Below are positions 51,709-62,363 of a DNA stretch of 64,000 bases, piece by piece; within the stretch, counting starts at the first letter, position 1, and every line of letters begins with the position of its first letter. Source of the stretch: an uncultured Verrucomicrobiae bacterium. Its GTDB lineage: Bacteria > Verrucomicrobiota > Verrucomicrobiia > Chthoniobacterales > JAFAMB01. The notes beneath the pieces are model-generated. The model was not told where the DNA came from and ran no database searches. It saw only the letters and a program-made list of their open reading frames with translations. The position numbers and the translations under genes are program-made. The stretch lies in contig CAWIPH010000001.1 in NCBI GenBank assembly GCA_963837955.1, forward strand, positions 320,001-384,000, in the 5' to 3' direction.

Positions 51709-53621
51709 CGAGCGGCGCGACTTTGACGCTTAAACCACGCGAGCCCCAATCCGGTCAGAGTGACGAGCAACGGCATTGCGGCGATGTTGATCCACTTCAA
51801 AGTGTTTTGCAGGGAATCGATTTCTTGTCTCAAATCCTTGCGCACCTGCTTCAGTTCCTTGTCAAACTTTGCTTCGTTTTGCCGGAACTTCTTGATCTCG
51901 GCCTGTTGTTGAGGCGAAAGGACAGTCTTTTGGTCCGACGGGTTAGCGTTTTGCAAAGTAGCTAGCTTTTGCTTGGTTTGGGCGATGCTATTTTCCAGCT
52001 CGTCAATTTTGCTTTGATACTTTTGCTCGGCCGCAGCCTCCATTTGGTTTACGACCAAGAATGGTCGATTGGCGGAGGCCCGACTTCGGATTGACATGAG
52101 ATTGGAATCACCAGCCAACATCTCAACGCTGCTCTCAATAAAGTTCAAATTACCGTTGGAAGGAGAGAACACCGTCTGATTCAGAACCTGTTGCTCGCTC
52201 CCAGCAATCGTATCGTATGCAAAGTCGGCATCCCCGACTAAGACCACCACGCCTTCGCTCGTGCCTTCCTTGAGCGGCACTGGCGTTGAGGTAGCCGAAG
52301 GAGTAGGAGCAGGTGTCGGGGAAGGATTCGGAGATTCCGGTGGAGGAGCGGCCGGCTTACCGCTCGGAAACGCTGTTTTGAATTTTCCGGTTAGACGAAC
52401 CGCCAGCGAGTAGCGTGTATGGGCTGGCTTCAGCGCCTTCCGGACCGCGTCTGAACCCATCTGCACGGTCATCGCATCGATTAGCCCGCTCTGTTCCGAA
52501 GAAGAAATGAGCACTTCTTCTTTCAGGCCATCGGCGGGCGTGCCAAGAAAAGCGCCGGAGAACGGAAGCAGTAGGTCGTTGGATGCAGCGCCGAGAGGAT
52601 CATTTCGGTTGATAGCATCCGCTGTCAGAGACAACACGCTAGGATCCGACTGAATCACGTTAGACTCTCGTTGAATCTTCGTCGCGAAAGTCGGATCAGC
52701 CACAACTTGGTTAGAAGTGAAATTAATGCCCCAGCTTTTCAGAAGTTTGTCGAGTGATGCCGAAAAACCTTCGCCGCTCATCATGCCGGCTTGACCGCTC
52801 AACTGGAAATCGACAAACGAAAAGGGATCGAGCAATGCGACCATCTTTCCGCCCCGCAGGAGAAACTGATCGATAGCATATTGAGCTGAATCGGTGATTC
52901 CTTTGGGATAACAAACTAGTAGAACGGAAATATCGTCATCGATCTTCTCGACGGTTAACGGCACTTCTCGGACCGTGTAGTTTTCCTTGAGTTCCTGTGC
53001 GAATACCCACGGCCCATTGCTTTGCTGCCGCTGCATCATCATCATGGGAGTGCTCCGGCCAAGTACGGGCAATGCGCTCATTACGCCGATCACCGCTTTC
53101 TTTGGGTTGGCCACACTGGAAATAGCTCGCGAGACATCATACTCCAGCAGACTTTCACGGCCCGGACTGAGAAACGGAATTGCGGCCTTCGCATCGAGGC
53201 AACTGACGGCTAGTCCAAGATATACTTTATCGTTCAGGTTGACCGTCTGGCCTTCAACGCCGTCAAGCCGGGCCGAATCTTCTGCGTCGGAGTCAGGCTT
53301 AGGATCGAGTTTGACAATCTTGATCTTGCCGTGGCTCGCCTGCTGAAACTCAGAGAGTAGGTCTTCGACTTCCTGGGCATAAGTGCGCAGGTAGACCGGC
53401 GTCGATGCGTTGTCCTTGCTGTAGTAGTAGCGAACCTCTACCGGCGTATCGAGCTTCTGGACAATCCGCAACGAGCCTTGGGACAAGGTGTACAAATGGT
53501 TCTCGGTCAAATCCAAACGAAATTTATTGAAATTGCCGAGTACGTTGACCGCTATGAGTATGATCAACAGAGCAACCACGCCGATAACTGAAAAGAGCCA
53601 ATTCTCTACCACTTTTCTCAT
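51705..53621 (-). CDS. GldG-family ABC transporter auxiliary component
   Basis: RLDLTENHLYTLS, LEYDVSRAI, IDQFLLRGG, LMSIRSR. Confidence 0.88.
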   Translation of the reverse strand: MRKVVENWLFSVIGVVALLIILIAVNVLGNFNKFRLDLTENHLYTLSQGSLRIVQKLDTPVEVRYYYSKDNASTPVYLRTYAQEVEDLLSEFQQASHGKIKIVKLDPKPDSDAEDSARLDGVEGQTVNLNDKVYLGLAVSCLDAKAAIPFLSPGRESLLEYDVSRAISSVANPKKAVIGVMSALPVLGRSTPMMMMQRQQSNGPWVFAQELKENYTVREVPLTVEKIDDDISVLLVCYPKGITDSAQYAIDQFLLRGGKMVALLDPFSFVDFQLSGQAGMMSGEGFSASLDKLLKSWGINFTSNQVVADPTFATKIQRESNVIQSDPSVLSLTADAINRNDPLGAASNDLLLPFSGAFLGTPADGLKEEVLISSSEQSGLIDAMTVQMGSDAVRKALKPAHTRYSLAVRLTGKFKTAFPSGKPAAPPPESPNPSPTPAPTPSATSTPVPLKEGTSEGVVVLVGDADFAYDTIAGSEQQVLNQTVFSPSNGNLNFIESSVEMLAGDSNLMSIRSRASANRPFLVVNQMEAAAEQKYQSKIDELENSIAQTKQKLATLQNANPSDQKTVLSPQQQAEIKKFRQNEAKFDKELKQVRKDLRQEIDSLQNTLKWINIAAMPLLVTLTGLGLAWFKRQSRAAR

Positions 53622-53627
53622 AGGCTT

Positions 53628-54359
53628 TTAGGAGCGATGAGCGCGCAAGATTACGCTCGTCGTGAATAATGAGAAGACGATGACGCTGATGAAAAACAAC
53701 AAATCGCGACTGTCGACGACCCCTCGCTGAATACTCTCGAAATGCGTCATGACTCCAACCGAGGTAACCGCGTCGACCAGCCAGGCCGGAGCCCAAGCTG
53801 AGAGCGGATCAGTGATCGGACGCCAACCGCAGAGAATCAAAAGAAGAGAGATAACTACGGCCAAGATGAAAGCGACGACCTGATTCCGGGTCAGAGCCGA
53901 GGTTAGCGAAGCGATCGAAAGAAAGGCACCGGCCAGAAAAAAACTACCGATATACCCGCAGAATATCCGGCCAAAATCCGGGTGTCCGAGATACGCTACG
54001 GTGATAACCAAAGGGAACGTCAGCGCCAACGCGATGCAAAGAAAGATCCAGCTTGCCAGGAATTTTCCGAGAATCGCCTGCCACGGAGTGACCGGCATGG
54101 TCAATAGCAGTTCCATCGTCCCGAGCCGGAGCTCTTCCGACCAAAGCCGCATGCCAACTGCGGGAACAAGGAAAAGGTAAAGCCAAGGGTGCCAGAAGAA
54201 GAAGGGGATCAAGTCGGCCACACCGCGCTCGAAAAAACCGCTCACCATGAAAGTGAAAGCGGCGGATAAGAGCAGAAAAATTACGATGAACACATAGGCA
54301 ACCGGCGAAGTGAAATAAGCCCAGAGTTCCCGTTTTGCGATAGTCCAAATCGTCTTCAT
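53628..54359 (-). CDS. ABC-2 permease (GldF-like)
   Basis: AKRELWAYFTSPVAYVF, MRLWSEE..GTMELLLT.P. Confidence 0.92.
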   Translation of the reverse strand: MKTIWTIAKRELWAYFTSPVAYVFIVIFLLLSAAFTFMVSGFFERGVADLIPFFFWHPWLYLFLVPAVGMRLWSEELRLGTMELLLTMPVTPWQAILGKFLASWIFLCIALALTFPLVITVAYLGHPDFGRIFCGYIGSFFLAGAFLSIASLTSALTRNQVVAFILAVVISLLLILCGWRPITDPLSAWAPAWLVDAVTSVGVMTHFESIQRGVVDSRDLLFFISVIVFSLFTTSVILRAHRS

Positions 54360-55300
54360 TCGGCGGCTTTTGTATCTGGCAGTGTGATGGCCCGGAAAAC
54401 GTCATCCAGTCGGCCCTCATCAACTTGAAGGTCTTCAACCTTCCAGCTGCTACGGCCAACTAGCGTGAGGAGTTCAGGCAACATTCGGCCTTTCGGCATT
54501 ACCCGAACCGTAATACGACGGTCCTCTGCTGATAAAAGCTCGCACTGTGAAACGGTGGAAAGTGATTCCAATTGGGCAACGAGCGCTTCCTTCTCCGCAC
54601 CGCTCACTGTCAGAACGATACTACCGGCTAACGGCGATTTCGCCTTGAGTTCCTCGGGTGTTCCGATTGCCACGATGCTGCCCTGATCGATAATCAGTGC
54701 GCGCGTGCAGGCCGCTTCTACTTCCTCCAAGATATGAGTCGAAAAGATGATCGCTTTATCAGTGCCCAAGCGCCGAAGCAACGATCGAACCTCATATTTT
54801 TGGTTGGGATCAAGACCGTCCGTTGGCTCATCGAGAATCAGGACCTCCGGGTCATGGATCAAAGCCTGCGCGAGACAAGTGCGATGGCGAAATCCTTTCG
54901 ACAACGTATCAACGCTTTGCTGCATCACTCGGTTCAGAAAACAGATTTCCACGACGCGATCGATAGCCTCGGTCTTAGCCGGTCCAAAAAGCCCGCGCAT
55001 CTCGGCACAAAAGCTCAAAAATCCGGCCACCGACATATCGCTATAAATAGGAGCATTTTCGGGCAGATATCCGATGCGACGTCGAGCTTCCAATGAGTTC
55101 TCGGTGATATCGAAGCCACCGATTGTGACGGTTCCCTCGGTTGGAGGGAGGTATCCGGTAATCATCCGCATGCTGGTTGATTTGCCGGCGCCATTCGGCC
55201 CGAGAAACCCGAGAACTTCGCCTTTAGCAACGGAAAACGTGATGTGGTCGACGGCGAGTTTCGGCCCGAAACTCTTCGTCAGCTTCTCAACGTTAATCAT
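54356..55300 (-). CDS. ABC transporter ATP-binding protein (GldA-like)
   Basis: GPNGAGKST, LSKG, LILDEPT, STH. Confidence 0.95.
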   Translation of the reverse strand: MINVEKLTKSFGPKLAVDHITFSVAKGEVLGFLGPNGAGKSTSMRMITGYLPPTEGTVTIGGFDITENSLEARRRIGYLPENAPIYSDMSVAGFLSFCAEMRGLFGPAKTEAIDRVVEICFLNRVMQQSVDTLSKGFRHRTCLAQALIHDPEVLILDEPTDGLDPNQKYEVRSLLRRLGTDKAIIFSTHILEEVEAACTRALIIDQGSIVAIGTPEELKAKSPLAGSIVLTVSGAEKEALVAQLESLSTVSQCELLSAEDRRITVRVMPKGRMLPELLTLVGRSSWKVEDLQVDEGRLDDVFRAITLPDTKAAE

Positions 55301-55443
55301 AGGGAATAGGTCATGGCGGACCTTCCTTTTCTGGAAGGGAGCTTAAGACAAAGCGCGGGCCTGTCCCTTTGTCAAGCGAAGGGCACTTGCTGATTTCGGC
55401 GTTGACTTTCGCCCGATCCAAGCTCGAAGGATATCGTTGCAAC

Positions 55444-56571
55444 ATGCCCAGAAATTCTATTCCGCGTTTGATTTATGCCTCGAGCGAGGCTTCGGCCGAT
55501 ATGCTGTATGCCACCCGATTCTTTGTGGGGGATCCGTTCTTGTACCTGGAGCAGAACGGGAAAAAGAGCATACTGCTTTCCGACTTGGAAATTGATCGCG
55601 GCCGCCGGCAAGCGAAGGTGGATGAAGTAGTTTCTCTCTCTCTGATTCAACGCCCGCTCGAGAAGCGATTAAAGCGCAAACCGACGATTCCGCAGACGAT
55701 AGAACGATTCTTGCGTCAACGCAGGGTCAAGCGCGCGGCGGTGCCGAGCGATTTTCCACTAGGGTTAGCACAGGCTCTGACCGCCAGCGGAATTAAACTG
55801 GAGCCGACTTCAGGTCTATTTTACGCAGAGCGCGAATTCAAGCGGGATGAGGAGATCAAGCAGCTGCAAAATGCGATTGCATTGACAGAAGTAGGCCTGG
55901 AAAGGGCTTTCGAAGTTCTTCGAGCATCGGAGATCAAACCAGGGCGCAGGCTTTTTTGGGGCGGCAAGAGACTGACCTCCGAGATACTGCGTGCGGAGAT
56001 CGATTGCGCCATTCTCCGCACGGGCGGAACGCCGATGAACACCATCGTCGCGAGCGGCGACCAGGCATGCGATCCCCACGATCGGGGTTCTGGGCCATTG
56101 GCGGCAAATTCATTGATTATTCTGGACGTGTTTCCGCGAGCTGCTGACACCGGCTACTACGGCGATATCACGCGAACCGTGATTCGCGGAAAAGCAAGCG
56201 AACCACAAAAACGTCTTTGGCATACCGTGTTGGAAGGCCAAGAGTATGCCCTGAAAAAAATTCGTCCTGGAGTCTCCGGCCAGGAGCTGCAAAAGGAGGT
56301 CTCCGATCTGTTCACCGATCGCGGGTACCCGACCGAGATTCGTGATGGCCGTTGGACCGGATTTTTCCACGGCCTTGGCCATGGACTCGGATTGGAAATT
56401 CATGAATCACCGCGGATCGCCGGGACCGATTTCAAGAAGGGGCAAGTTCTCACCGTGGAACCTGGTCTCTATCTTCCGGGTGTCGGCGGCGTCCGGCACG
56501 AAGACGACGGAGTAGTGACTGAGAACGGCTTCCGGGTATTGTCGAAGTTTCCTAAGGTCTTGGAGGTGTAG
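55444..56571 (+). CDS. Xaa-Pro peptidase (M24 family)
   Basis: GYYGDITRT, HGLGHGLGLEIHE, TVEPGLY, GVRHEDD. Confidence 0.93.
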   Translation: MPRNSIPRLIYASSEASADMLYATRFFVGDPFLYLEQNGKKSILLSDLEIDRGRRQAKVDEVVSLSLIQRPLEKRLKRKPTIPQTIERFLRQRRVKRAAVPSDFPLGLAQALTASGIKLEPTSGLFYAEREFKRDEEIKQLQNAIALTEVGLERAFEVLRASEIKPGRRLFWGGKRLTSEILRAEIDCAILRTGGTPMNTIVASGDQACDPHDRGSGPLAANSLIILDVFPRAADTGYYGDITRTVIRGKASEPQKRLWHTVLEGQEYALKKIRPGVSGQELQKEVSDLFTDRGYPTEIRDGRWTGFFHGLGHGLGLEIHESPRIAGTDFKKGQVLTVEPGLYLPGVGGVRHEDDGVVTENGFRVLSKFPKVLEV

Positions 56572-56644
56572 GGGACACGCGGGACGGGATTGCGGAGCTG
56601 ATGCTGGCAAAGTCCATTCTGCGACGACGTAAGATATCCCAGAC

Positions 56645-56722
56645 GGGTAGGGCGAAACACGCCGCTGAGCGACAGCGAGGTACGGCGTGTGAGCCGAACG
56701 ACTTGTGCAACCACGGCCTACC
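56645..56722. repeat. GTAG-type REP element
   Basis: GGTAGGGCGAAACACG..GTGTGAGCC..CCTACC; similar to 7661-7763. Confidence 0.65.
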
Positions 56723-56927
56723 GCCACGCCAAGAATCGTAATCGCATCAGGAGGCTTTGCTCTATTTGATCGTTGTTCGGTAATGCGTCGAAGCTCACAG
56801 TCCGGCGATTGGCCCTCTTCGTCTATCACGCGTGCGTCCGCCGAACTGTTTCGCCCTATCCGCCTTGGGTGTCTTTCGAATTAATCGCAGCAACCAATCT
56901 TCCAACCTGCAACCTGTAACCCGCAAC

Positions 56928-57494
56928 CTAGTACGCAAACAGGGCGAGCGAGAAGATAAGCGCACCCCAAAGTACTCCCAGGCCGCTCAATGCCCTCCAC
57001 CGAAAAAGAGATCTTGTGATCCAACTAATCTGGTCGCGCATAAGGTACGGTTTGCCGACCCAGAACATGCCGAGAGTGAGCCAGATGTAAGCGAGGATCA
57101 CGAGCAACAATCGAGAACGTTCGGATCGCAGAAAGGCGGCTGATAAGATCGGTTCGGCGATCAACATCGCCAAAATGCCTAATGCCCGAGCAGCCAAAAA
57201 TTCTTCGACGAATAAGACCGTGAGAACGAAAAGCACCGGTACAGCCACCTGGAGATAAACGCGAAGCCACCCAAATTCTTCCAGATCAACCGAAGAGACC
57301 AACCAGAAACACCAAACCGCGTCTATCGCCAGGATACCGATGCCGGCAGATTTGGAGCGGGGCAGTTTAGTCAGCCACTTCTGAGTTTCCGCCGTTCGCA
57401 GGAGAGCGAACAAATGACCGACAATCAAGGCTGCGCCGATGATCAGGCCAACAACGTGAAGAGTGAAGTCGTAGATTCGAGGTGGATAATCCAT
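56928..57494 (-). CDS. Hypothetical membrane protein
   Basis: Six hydrophobic segments; start immediately downstream of miaB. Confidence 0.8.
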   Translation of the reverse strand: MDYPPRIYDFTLHVVGLIIGAALIVGHLFALLRTAETQKWLTKLPRSKSAGIGILAIDAVWCFWLVSSVDLEEFGWLRVYLQVAVPVLFVLTVLFVEEFLAARALGILAMLIAEPILSAAFLRSERSRLLLVILAYIWLTLGMFWVGKPYLMRDQISWITRSLFRWRALSGLGVLWGALIFSLALFAY

Positions 57495-57501
57495 GAAACG
57501 A

Positions 57502-58863
57502 TTAATTGGCGAGAATGGCAGGGTCTCCGTACAGCGTGTATCCGGTCGAACGAAGGACTCGCACCGGGAAAAGCTCTCCGATATGGCGCGGCGATCCTTC
57601 GAACACCACGATTTTGTTTCCGCGCGTACGTCCCATTAAGCGCTCCGGATTAGTTTTACTCGGTCCTTCACAAAGAATTTCGACCTCTCTACCAACAAAT
57701 GCTTCATTGCGCCGTTTTGCCCAGGAGTTCACTAGCTCCAAAAGACCGTGGTTCCGATCTTCTTTCATCGCCTCAGGAACCTGTGCGTCGAGTCCGGCAG
57801 CTACCGTATCTCGTCGCGGCGAATATTTGAAAACAAACGCATTGTCGAAACCAACCCGTTCGACCAGCTCGCAAGTCTGATGATAATCGTCATCAGTCTC
57901 TCCCGGGAAGCCGACGATGATATCAGTAGTAATCGCAATGCCCGGCGACGTGGCTCGAATGCGCTCCACCAATTCGAAATACTTCTCGCTAGTATAGGTC
58001 CGGCGCATCGCTCGCAAGATTCGATCGGAACCGGACTGTAGGGGAAGATGAACGTGTTCCACCAGTTTTGGCAGGCGGGCAAGCGCTTCGATGAGATCCT
58101 GACGAAAGCCGATCGGATGGGGCGAGGTAAAGCGGATCCGTTCGATTCCGACCACGTTGTGAATGGCTTCAAGAAGTTGAACGAACGGGCTCTTGCCGTC
58201 CAATCTTGGAAATTCGTGTCGGCCGTAAAGATTAACGATTTGACCCAGTAAGGTAACTTCCTTAACTCCGCGCGTCGCCAGTTGCTCGACTTCGGCGACA
58301 ATCTCGTTGATGGGGCGGCTTCGTTCCGGACCTCGGGTCGACGGGACGATGCAAAAAGAGCAATGCATATTGCATCCCTGCATGATCGATACGAAAGCGC
58401 TTACCATCTTTTCGCGCGAGAGATGGTCGCGAATGGTGCTTTGGGAACCGCTTTCCTCCCCAACATCGACGATTGAAAATCGAACATCATCCCAACGCTG
58501 CGCCGTCTTCCGATCAAGCGCTTCTTCGACATATTCGGCGACCCGATGAAACTTTTGGGTACCAACGACTAGATCGAGATGAGGAACATCCTTGAGGAGC
58601 GATGCACCCCGGCTCTGCGCCATGCAGCCGAGTAAACCGTAAACCACTGGCCGCTGACGAGATAACGCACCCAGCATGCCGATTTTACCGAGCGCCTTCT
58701 GTTCGGCCAGGTCCCGCACGCTGCAAGTGTTGAGCAGAACAACGTCGGCATCTTGAGCATCTGCGGTAATCACATGTCCACGGGCAATGAGCATCTGCGC
58801 GACCTGTTCGGAATCGCGCTCGTTCATCTGGCAACCGTAGGTTTTGATGTAGACCCTGACCAT
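57502..58863 (-). CDS. miaB: tRNA-2-methylthio-N6-dimethylallyladenosine synthase
   Basis: TYGCQMNERDS, NTCSVR, radical-SAM CxxxCxxC (CNMHCSFC), TRAM C-terminus. Confidence 0.97.
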   Translation of the reverse strand: MVRVYIKTYGCQMNERDSEQVAQMLIARGHVITADAQDADVVLLNTCSVRDLAEQKALGKIGMLGALSRQRPVVYGLLGCMAQSRGASLLKDVPHLDLVVGTQKFHRVAEYVEEALDRKTAQRWDDVRFSIVDVGEESGSQSTIRDHLSREKMVSAFVSIMQGCNMHCSFCIVPSTRGPERSRPINEIVAEVEQLATRGVKEVTLLGQIVNLYGRHEFPRLDGKSPFVQLLEAIHNVVGIERIRFTSPHPIGFRQDLIEALARLPKLVEHVHLPLQSGSDRILRAMRRTYTSEKYFELVERIRATSPGIAITTDIIVGFPGETDDDYHQTCELVERVGFDNAFVFKYSPRRDTVAAGLDAQVPEAMKEDRNHGLLELVNSWAKRRNEAFVGREVEILCEGPSKTNPERLMGRTRGNKIVVFEGSPRHIGELFPVRVLRSTGYTLYGDPAILAN

Positions 58864-59236
58864 TGTCTTGTCACGAAAGCGCGTAAAGTAGCGCGTCCCG
58901 CCGGGGAAGTAAAATGCACGCGCCCGTCAAATTGGCGAACGCACGCCGGAATTCTTCGCGGTGCCAATAGAGGGGCCTGCAATTTCACAAACTGCCTCTG
59001 GACGCCAACTTACGCGAATCAACCCCTTTAATTCGCAGCCTGTCTCCCGCGTCCGAGATTTCCTCGGTCGCGCCTTAGCGAAGCGGAGATGGAGCAAAGA
59101 GATCGGTAAGTGTGCTTTTGGGGTTCGCCGTCGCACCGTCGTGGTTTCGACGTCCTCGGCCGAACGGTTACCGCGTGCGCCGGTACTGACCACTGGTCCG
59201 TTTTATGGGCGTCACAGAATTGGAACGAACTGTTGC

Positions 59237-59324
59237 TTGACATTCAGGAGCCAAAAACGCTGTAAATGTTTACAGCAAAAGTTTACATCAGCCGATAAAC
59301 GATCAGTTATTGTTAGCGTTAACA
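59237..59324 (+). promoter_or_regulatory. Promoter region with LacI-type operators
   Basis: TTGACA at 59237; palindromes GCTGTAAATGTTTACAGC (59259-59276) and TGTTAGCGTTAACA (59311-59324). Confidence 0.6.
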
Positions 59325-59410
59325 TCGGCCGCGTAAAATTCCTGCCTAGTCGATGTAAAGGTTTGCCCCAACCTCAACTGTTAACCCCCAAGCCGTCCCC
59401 CTAGACCAAA

Positions 59411-60865
59411 ATGAAAACTGGGATCCGATCTAGTTTCCTTAACCGTGTGCCACGGTTAAATGCAATCCCCCTCTCCTCCCGACGCGTGGTTTATCCATTG
59501 CGAATCAATTCGCTGCTGGCCCTCGGTGCTCTAACACTTGGCGCGATTACTGCCGTCGCTGCCGATTTCCCCGATACAGCTTACCACGGCGGAAAGAAAT
59601 GGGTGGCCTCATGGGCGAGCTCGATGCAAGGCACTTTGGCAGTGGCGCCAGCTCCTCCCTACGCTTATACGCCGGCCAGCGTGTATAATACGGAACCTGA
59701 CCTGACGTATGCACTTCCCAACGGGAACACGGATGGCGTTGCCAACCAGACGGTGCGCCTGATTGTTAAGCCCGATCTTTGGGGCCGTTCCGTTCGCTTA
59801 CGTTTTTCGAACTTTTTCGGTACCCAGCCTGTCACGCTCTCGAAAGTCACAGTCGGCTTGCAGGCATATGCGGCAAATCTCGTACCGGGTACCAGTACGC
59901 GAGCTAGCTTTCAGGGTCAGCCGAGTGTGACCATACAGCCCGGCCAGAGAATCTACAGCGATCCGGTTTTGCTGGGATTCGTTTCAGATGCAGAAGAGAA
60001 TGCGAATGATCAGGTTGTCGTTGGGCGCAACCTGGCTGTCAGCTTTTTGGTCCAAGGGAAGACTGGTCCGATTACTTATCATGCTCAGGCGCTATCTACG
60101 TCCTATATCAGTCCGCCCGGCAGCGGCGATCACACGGATGATCTGACCGACGCATCGTATCCCTACTCGATGAGCTCCTGGTTCTTCCTGGATGCAGTGG
60201 ATGTCTTGGCCGAATCGGATACTGCGCTAGTCTGTGCGTTCGGAGACTCGATCACCGACGGAACCTTTTCCACCCTGAATGGCAACGACCGCTGGAGCAA
60301 CCGGCTCTCGGTTCTACTACATCAGATATACGGCAACAAAGTGTCGGTAGTGAATGAAGGGATCGGTGGCAACACGGTGGTCAATCCGCCCCAGACGGGG
60401 CCGGCCGCGGTCGACCGGTTAGACCGTGACGTACTAGACCTTTCTGGTTTGACCGCGGTGATCTGGCTCGAAGGCATTAACGACTTCGGCGCCGAGAACA
60501 ATACCGCTGATGCTGTTATTGCGGGCTTTACCAACGGTGTGAAGCGTATGCACGCTCGAGGCATTAAGGTTGTGGGCGCGACTATCACCGCAAGTCTTGG
60601 ATGTGCGCTGCTCCCCAATTGGGGTTCCTCCACGACCAACGCCAAACGCAATCAGGTCAACGCATTTATCCGCCAGTCCGGTGTCTATGATAGCGTTGCA
60701 GACATGGACGCTGCCACCGTCGATCCCTCAACGGGCCGGCTGAAGGCGGAGTTTGTTCCTGACAGTACCAAGGGAGGTCCCGGCGATTATCTGCATCTCA
60801 ATCGTGCTGGATACCAAGCGATGGCCAACAGCATCGACCCGAGCGTGCTCGCTCCAACCCCGTAG
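59411..60865 (+). CDS. Secreted SGNH/GDSL hydrolase (start may be downstream)
   Basis: AFGDSITDG, NEGIGGN, EGIND, GDYLHLN; WVASW..LRFSN N-terminal domain. Confidence 0.9.
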   Translation: MKTGIRSSFLNRVPRLNAIPLSSRRVVYPLRINSLLALGALTLGAITAVAADFPDTAYHGGKKWVASWASSMQGTLAVAPAPPYAYTPASVYNTEPDLTYALPNGNTDGVANQTVRLIVKPDLWGRSVRLRFSNFFGTQPVTLSKVTVGLQAYAANLVPGTSTRASFQGQPSVTIQPGQRIYSDPVLLGFVSDAEENANDQVVVGRNLAVSFLVQGKTGPITYHAQALSTSYISPPGSGDHTDDLTDASYPYSMSSWFFLDAVDVLAESDTALVCAFGDSITDGTFSTLNGNDRWSNRLSVLLHQIYGNKVSVVNEGIGGNTVVNPPQTGPAAVDRLDRDVLDLSGLTAVIWLEGINDFGAENNTADAVIAGFTNGVKRMHARGIKVVGATITASLGCALLPNWGSSTTNAKRNQVNAFIRQSGVYDSVADMDAATVDPSTGRLKAEFVPDSTKGGPGDYLHLNRAGYQAMANSIDPSVLAPTP

Positions 60866-60959
60866 CGATCGGCGATCGGCATGCCATAGGACTCATAGGT
60901 CGCATGTGACTTATGAGTCCTATACCGTCGTGGGCTCAGCGAAGCCCCCTGTGCAATCC

Positions 60960-61766
60960 TCAAGACGAACTCTTGGCTGCGAGAGCTGCTTCATCTCGAT
61001 GGCGTTTGCGCTCAATGAACCCAGCCAACACAATGCAGACCTCGTAAAGGAGATACATCGGCGTACCCATCATTGCCATGGAAAGAGCATCAGGAACCGG
61101 CGCCAGGAAAGCTGCGGCCAAGAAGATTAGAAGGAAAGCGTAAGCGCGAGTCCGCCGGAGCAAGGCGACGGAAACAATCCCGAGTCGTACCAGCACCAGA
61201 ACCACTACCGGCAGCTCAAACGCAATCCCAAAGCCGACGCAGCATTGTGTTACAAAAGAAAAATATTCTCTGACATTCCAGGTCGGCGCCCAGTGCATGT
61301 TCATTGCGTCGTGAAAAAAGAAACGGAGCGTCGGAGGTAGAACCAAATAATAAGAGAAGAAAACGCCCGCGAGGAAGAGACCGAATCCGATCAGCACGGC
61401 CGGTAGCATGGCTTTCTGTTCCTGCGCAGTTAGCGCAGGCAGAACAAATCCTCCGGCAAAATAGATCAAGAACGGGAAGGCGATCACGATGCCGGCATAA
61501 AACGCTAGCTGAAAAGAAATGGTCATGGAATCGGCGACTCCGAACGAGACCAACGTCCGGACAAGATTCGGATCCAATGATGCCAGGGGTGCCTGCATTA
61601 TCTGAGCTAGTTGACTCCGAAAGCAAAATGCCAGCGCCATCGCGATACCCAGCGAGAGAGCCATTTTGATGATGACCCAGCGAAGATCTTCCAAGTGATC
61701 CAGAAAAGGTTTGACTGCCTCTGGATCGGTCCCTTCCCGAAACTTGAAGAGGTTGGAAAATTTCAT
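60960..61766 (-). CDS. tatC: Twin-arginine translocase subunit TatC
   Basis: FLDHLEDLR, FVLPAL..E, FELP, PVPD, LYE. Confidence 0.94.
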   Translation of the reverse strand: MKFSNLFKFREGTDPEAVKPFLDHLEDLRWVIIKMALSLGIAMALAFCFRSQLAQIMQAPLASLDPNLVRTLVSFGVADSMTISFQLAFYAGIVIAFPFLIYFAGGFVLPALTAQEQKAMLPAVLIGFGLFLAGVFFSYYLVLPPTLRFFFHDAMNMHWAPTWNVREYFSFVTQCCVGFGIAFELPVVVLVLVRLGIVSVALLRRTRAYAFLLIFLAAAFLAPVPDALSMAMMGTPMYLLYEVCIVLAGFIERKRHRDEAALAAKSSS

Positions 61767-61781
61767 TGGGTTCTCGCTTAT

Positions 61782-62363
61782 CTACGCGATCAGTCCACGC
61801 GCACAGAGCCGCGCGAAGAGAGAAAGCGTGTTGGCATCCCGAATGATGTTCTGGGCCACCATAGAACGCAACTGCTCGAGCGTGAATTCGCGTGCCTCCG
61901 CAATCAGCTCGCTGCTGTCGAGCCGAGCGCCGCTTCCATTTGGACGAACCGGGCGGGCGACGAAAAGATGTGGCTGCTCGTCGGTAAAGCCTTGGGAAGC
62001 ATAGTAGTGTCCTAAATCGATTAGCTCGCCGGCGCTACCAAGCTCGTAACCAGTTTCTTCGGTTAACTCGCGCAGCGCTGTCGCTTTCAGAGTTTCGAGG
62101 TCCGGTTCCATCGAATCGTCCACCTGACCCGCTGGAAATTCCCACAGCCAGGCGCGTACCGGAATCCTAGCTTGGTGAACGAGAACGAACTGGCCGCTCT
62201 GCGTGATGGGACAAACCACCACCGCCTTTTTCCGGCGAACAACGGTCCAGTCCCGGATTTCACTTGTCCCTCCGACGGCAACCCTCTCCTGGCGAACTTC
62301 TAGATAGGGATTACGGAAGAGCGTGTGAGATTCCAGCAGGTGCCATCCTTCTTCGTTAGTCAC
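61782..62363 (-). CDS. NUDIX hydrolase (ADP-ribose pyrophosphatase-like)
   Basis: EFPAG...ALRELTEETGY. Confidence 0.9.
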   Translation of the reverse strand: MTNEEGWHLLESHTLFRNPYLEVRQERVAVGGTSEIRDWTVVRRKKAVVVCPITQSGQFVLVHQARIPVRAWLWEFPAGQVDDSMEPDLETLKATALRELTEETGYELGSAGELIDLGHYYASQGFTDEQPHLFVARPVRPNGSGARLDSSELIAEAREFTLEQLRSMVAQNIIRDANTLSLFARLCARGLIA

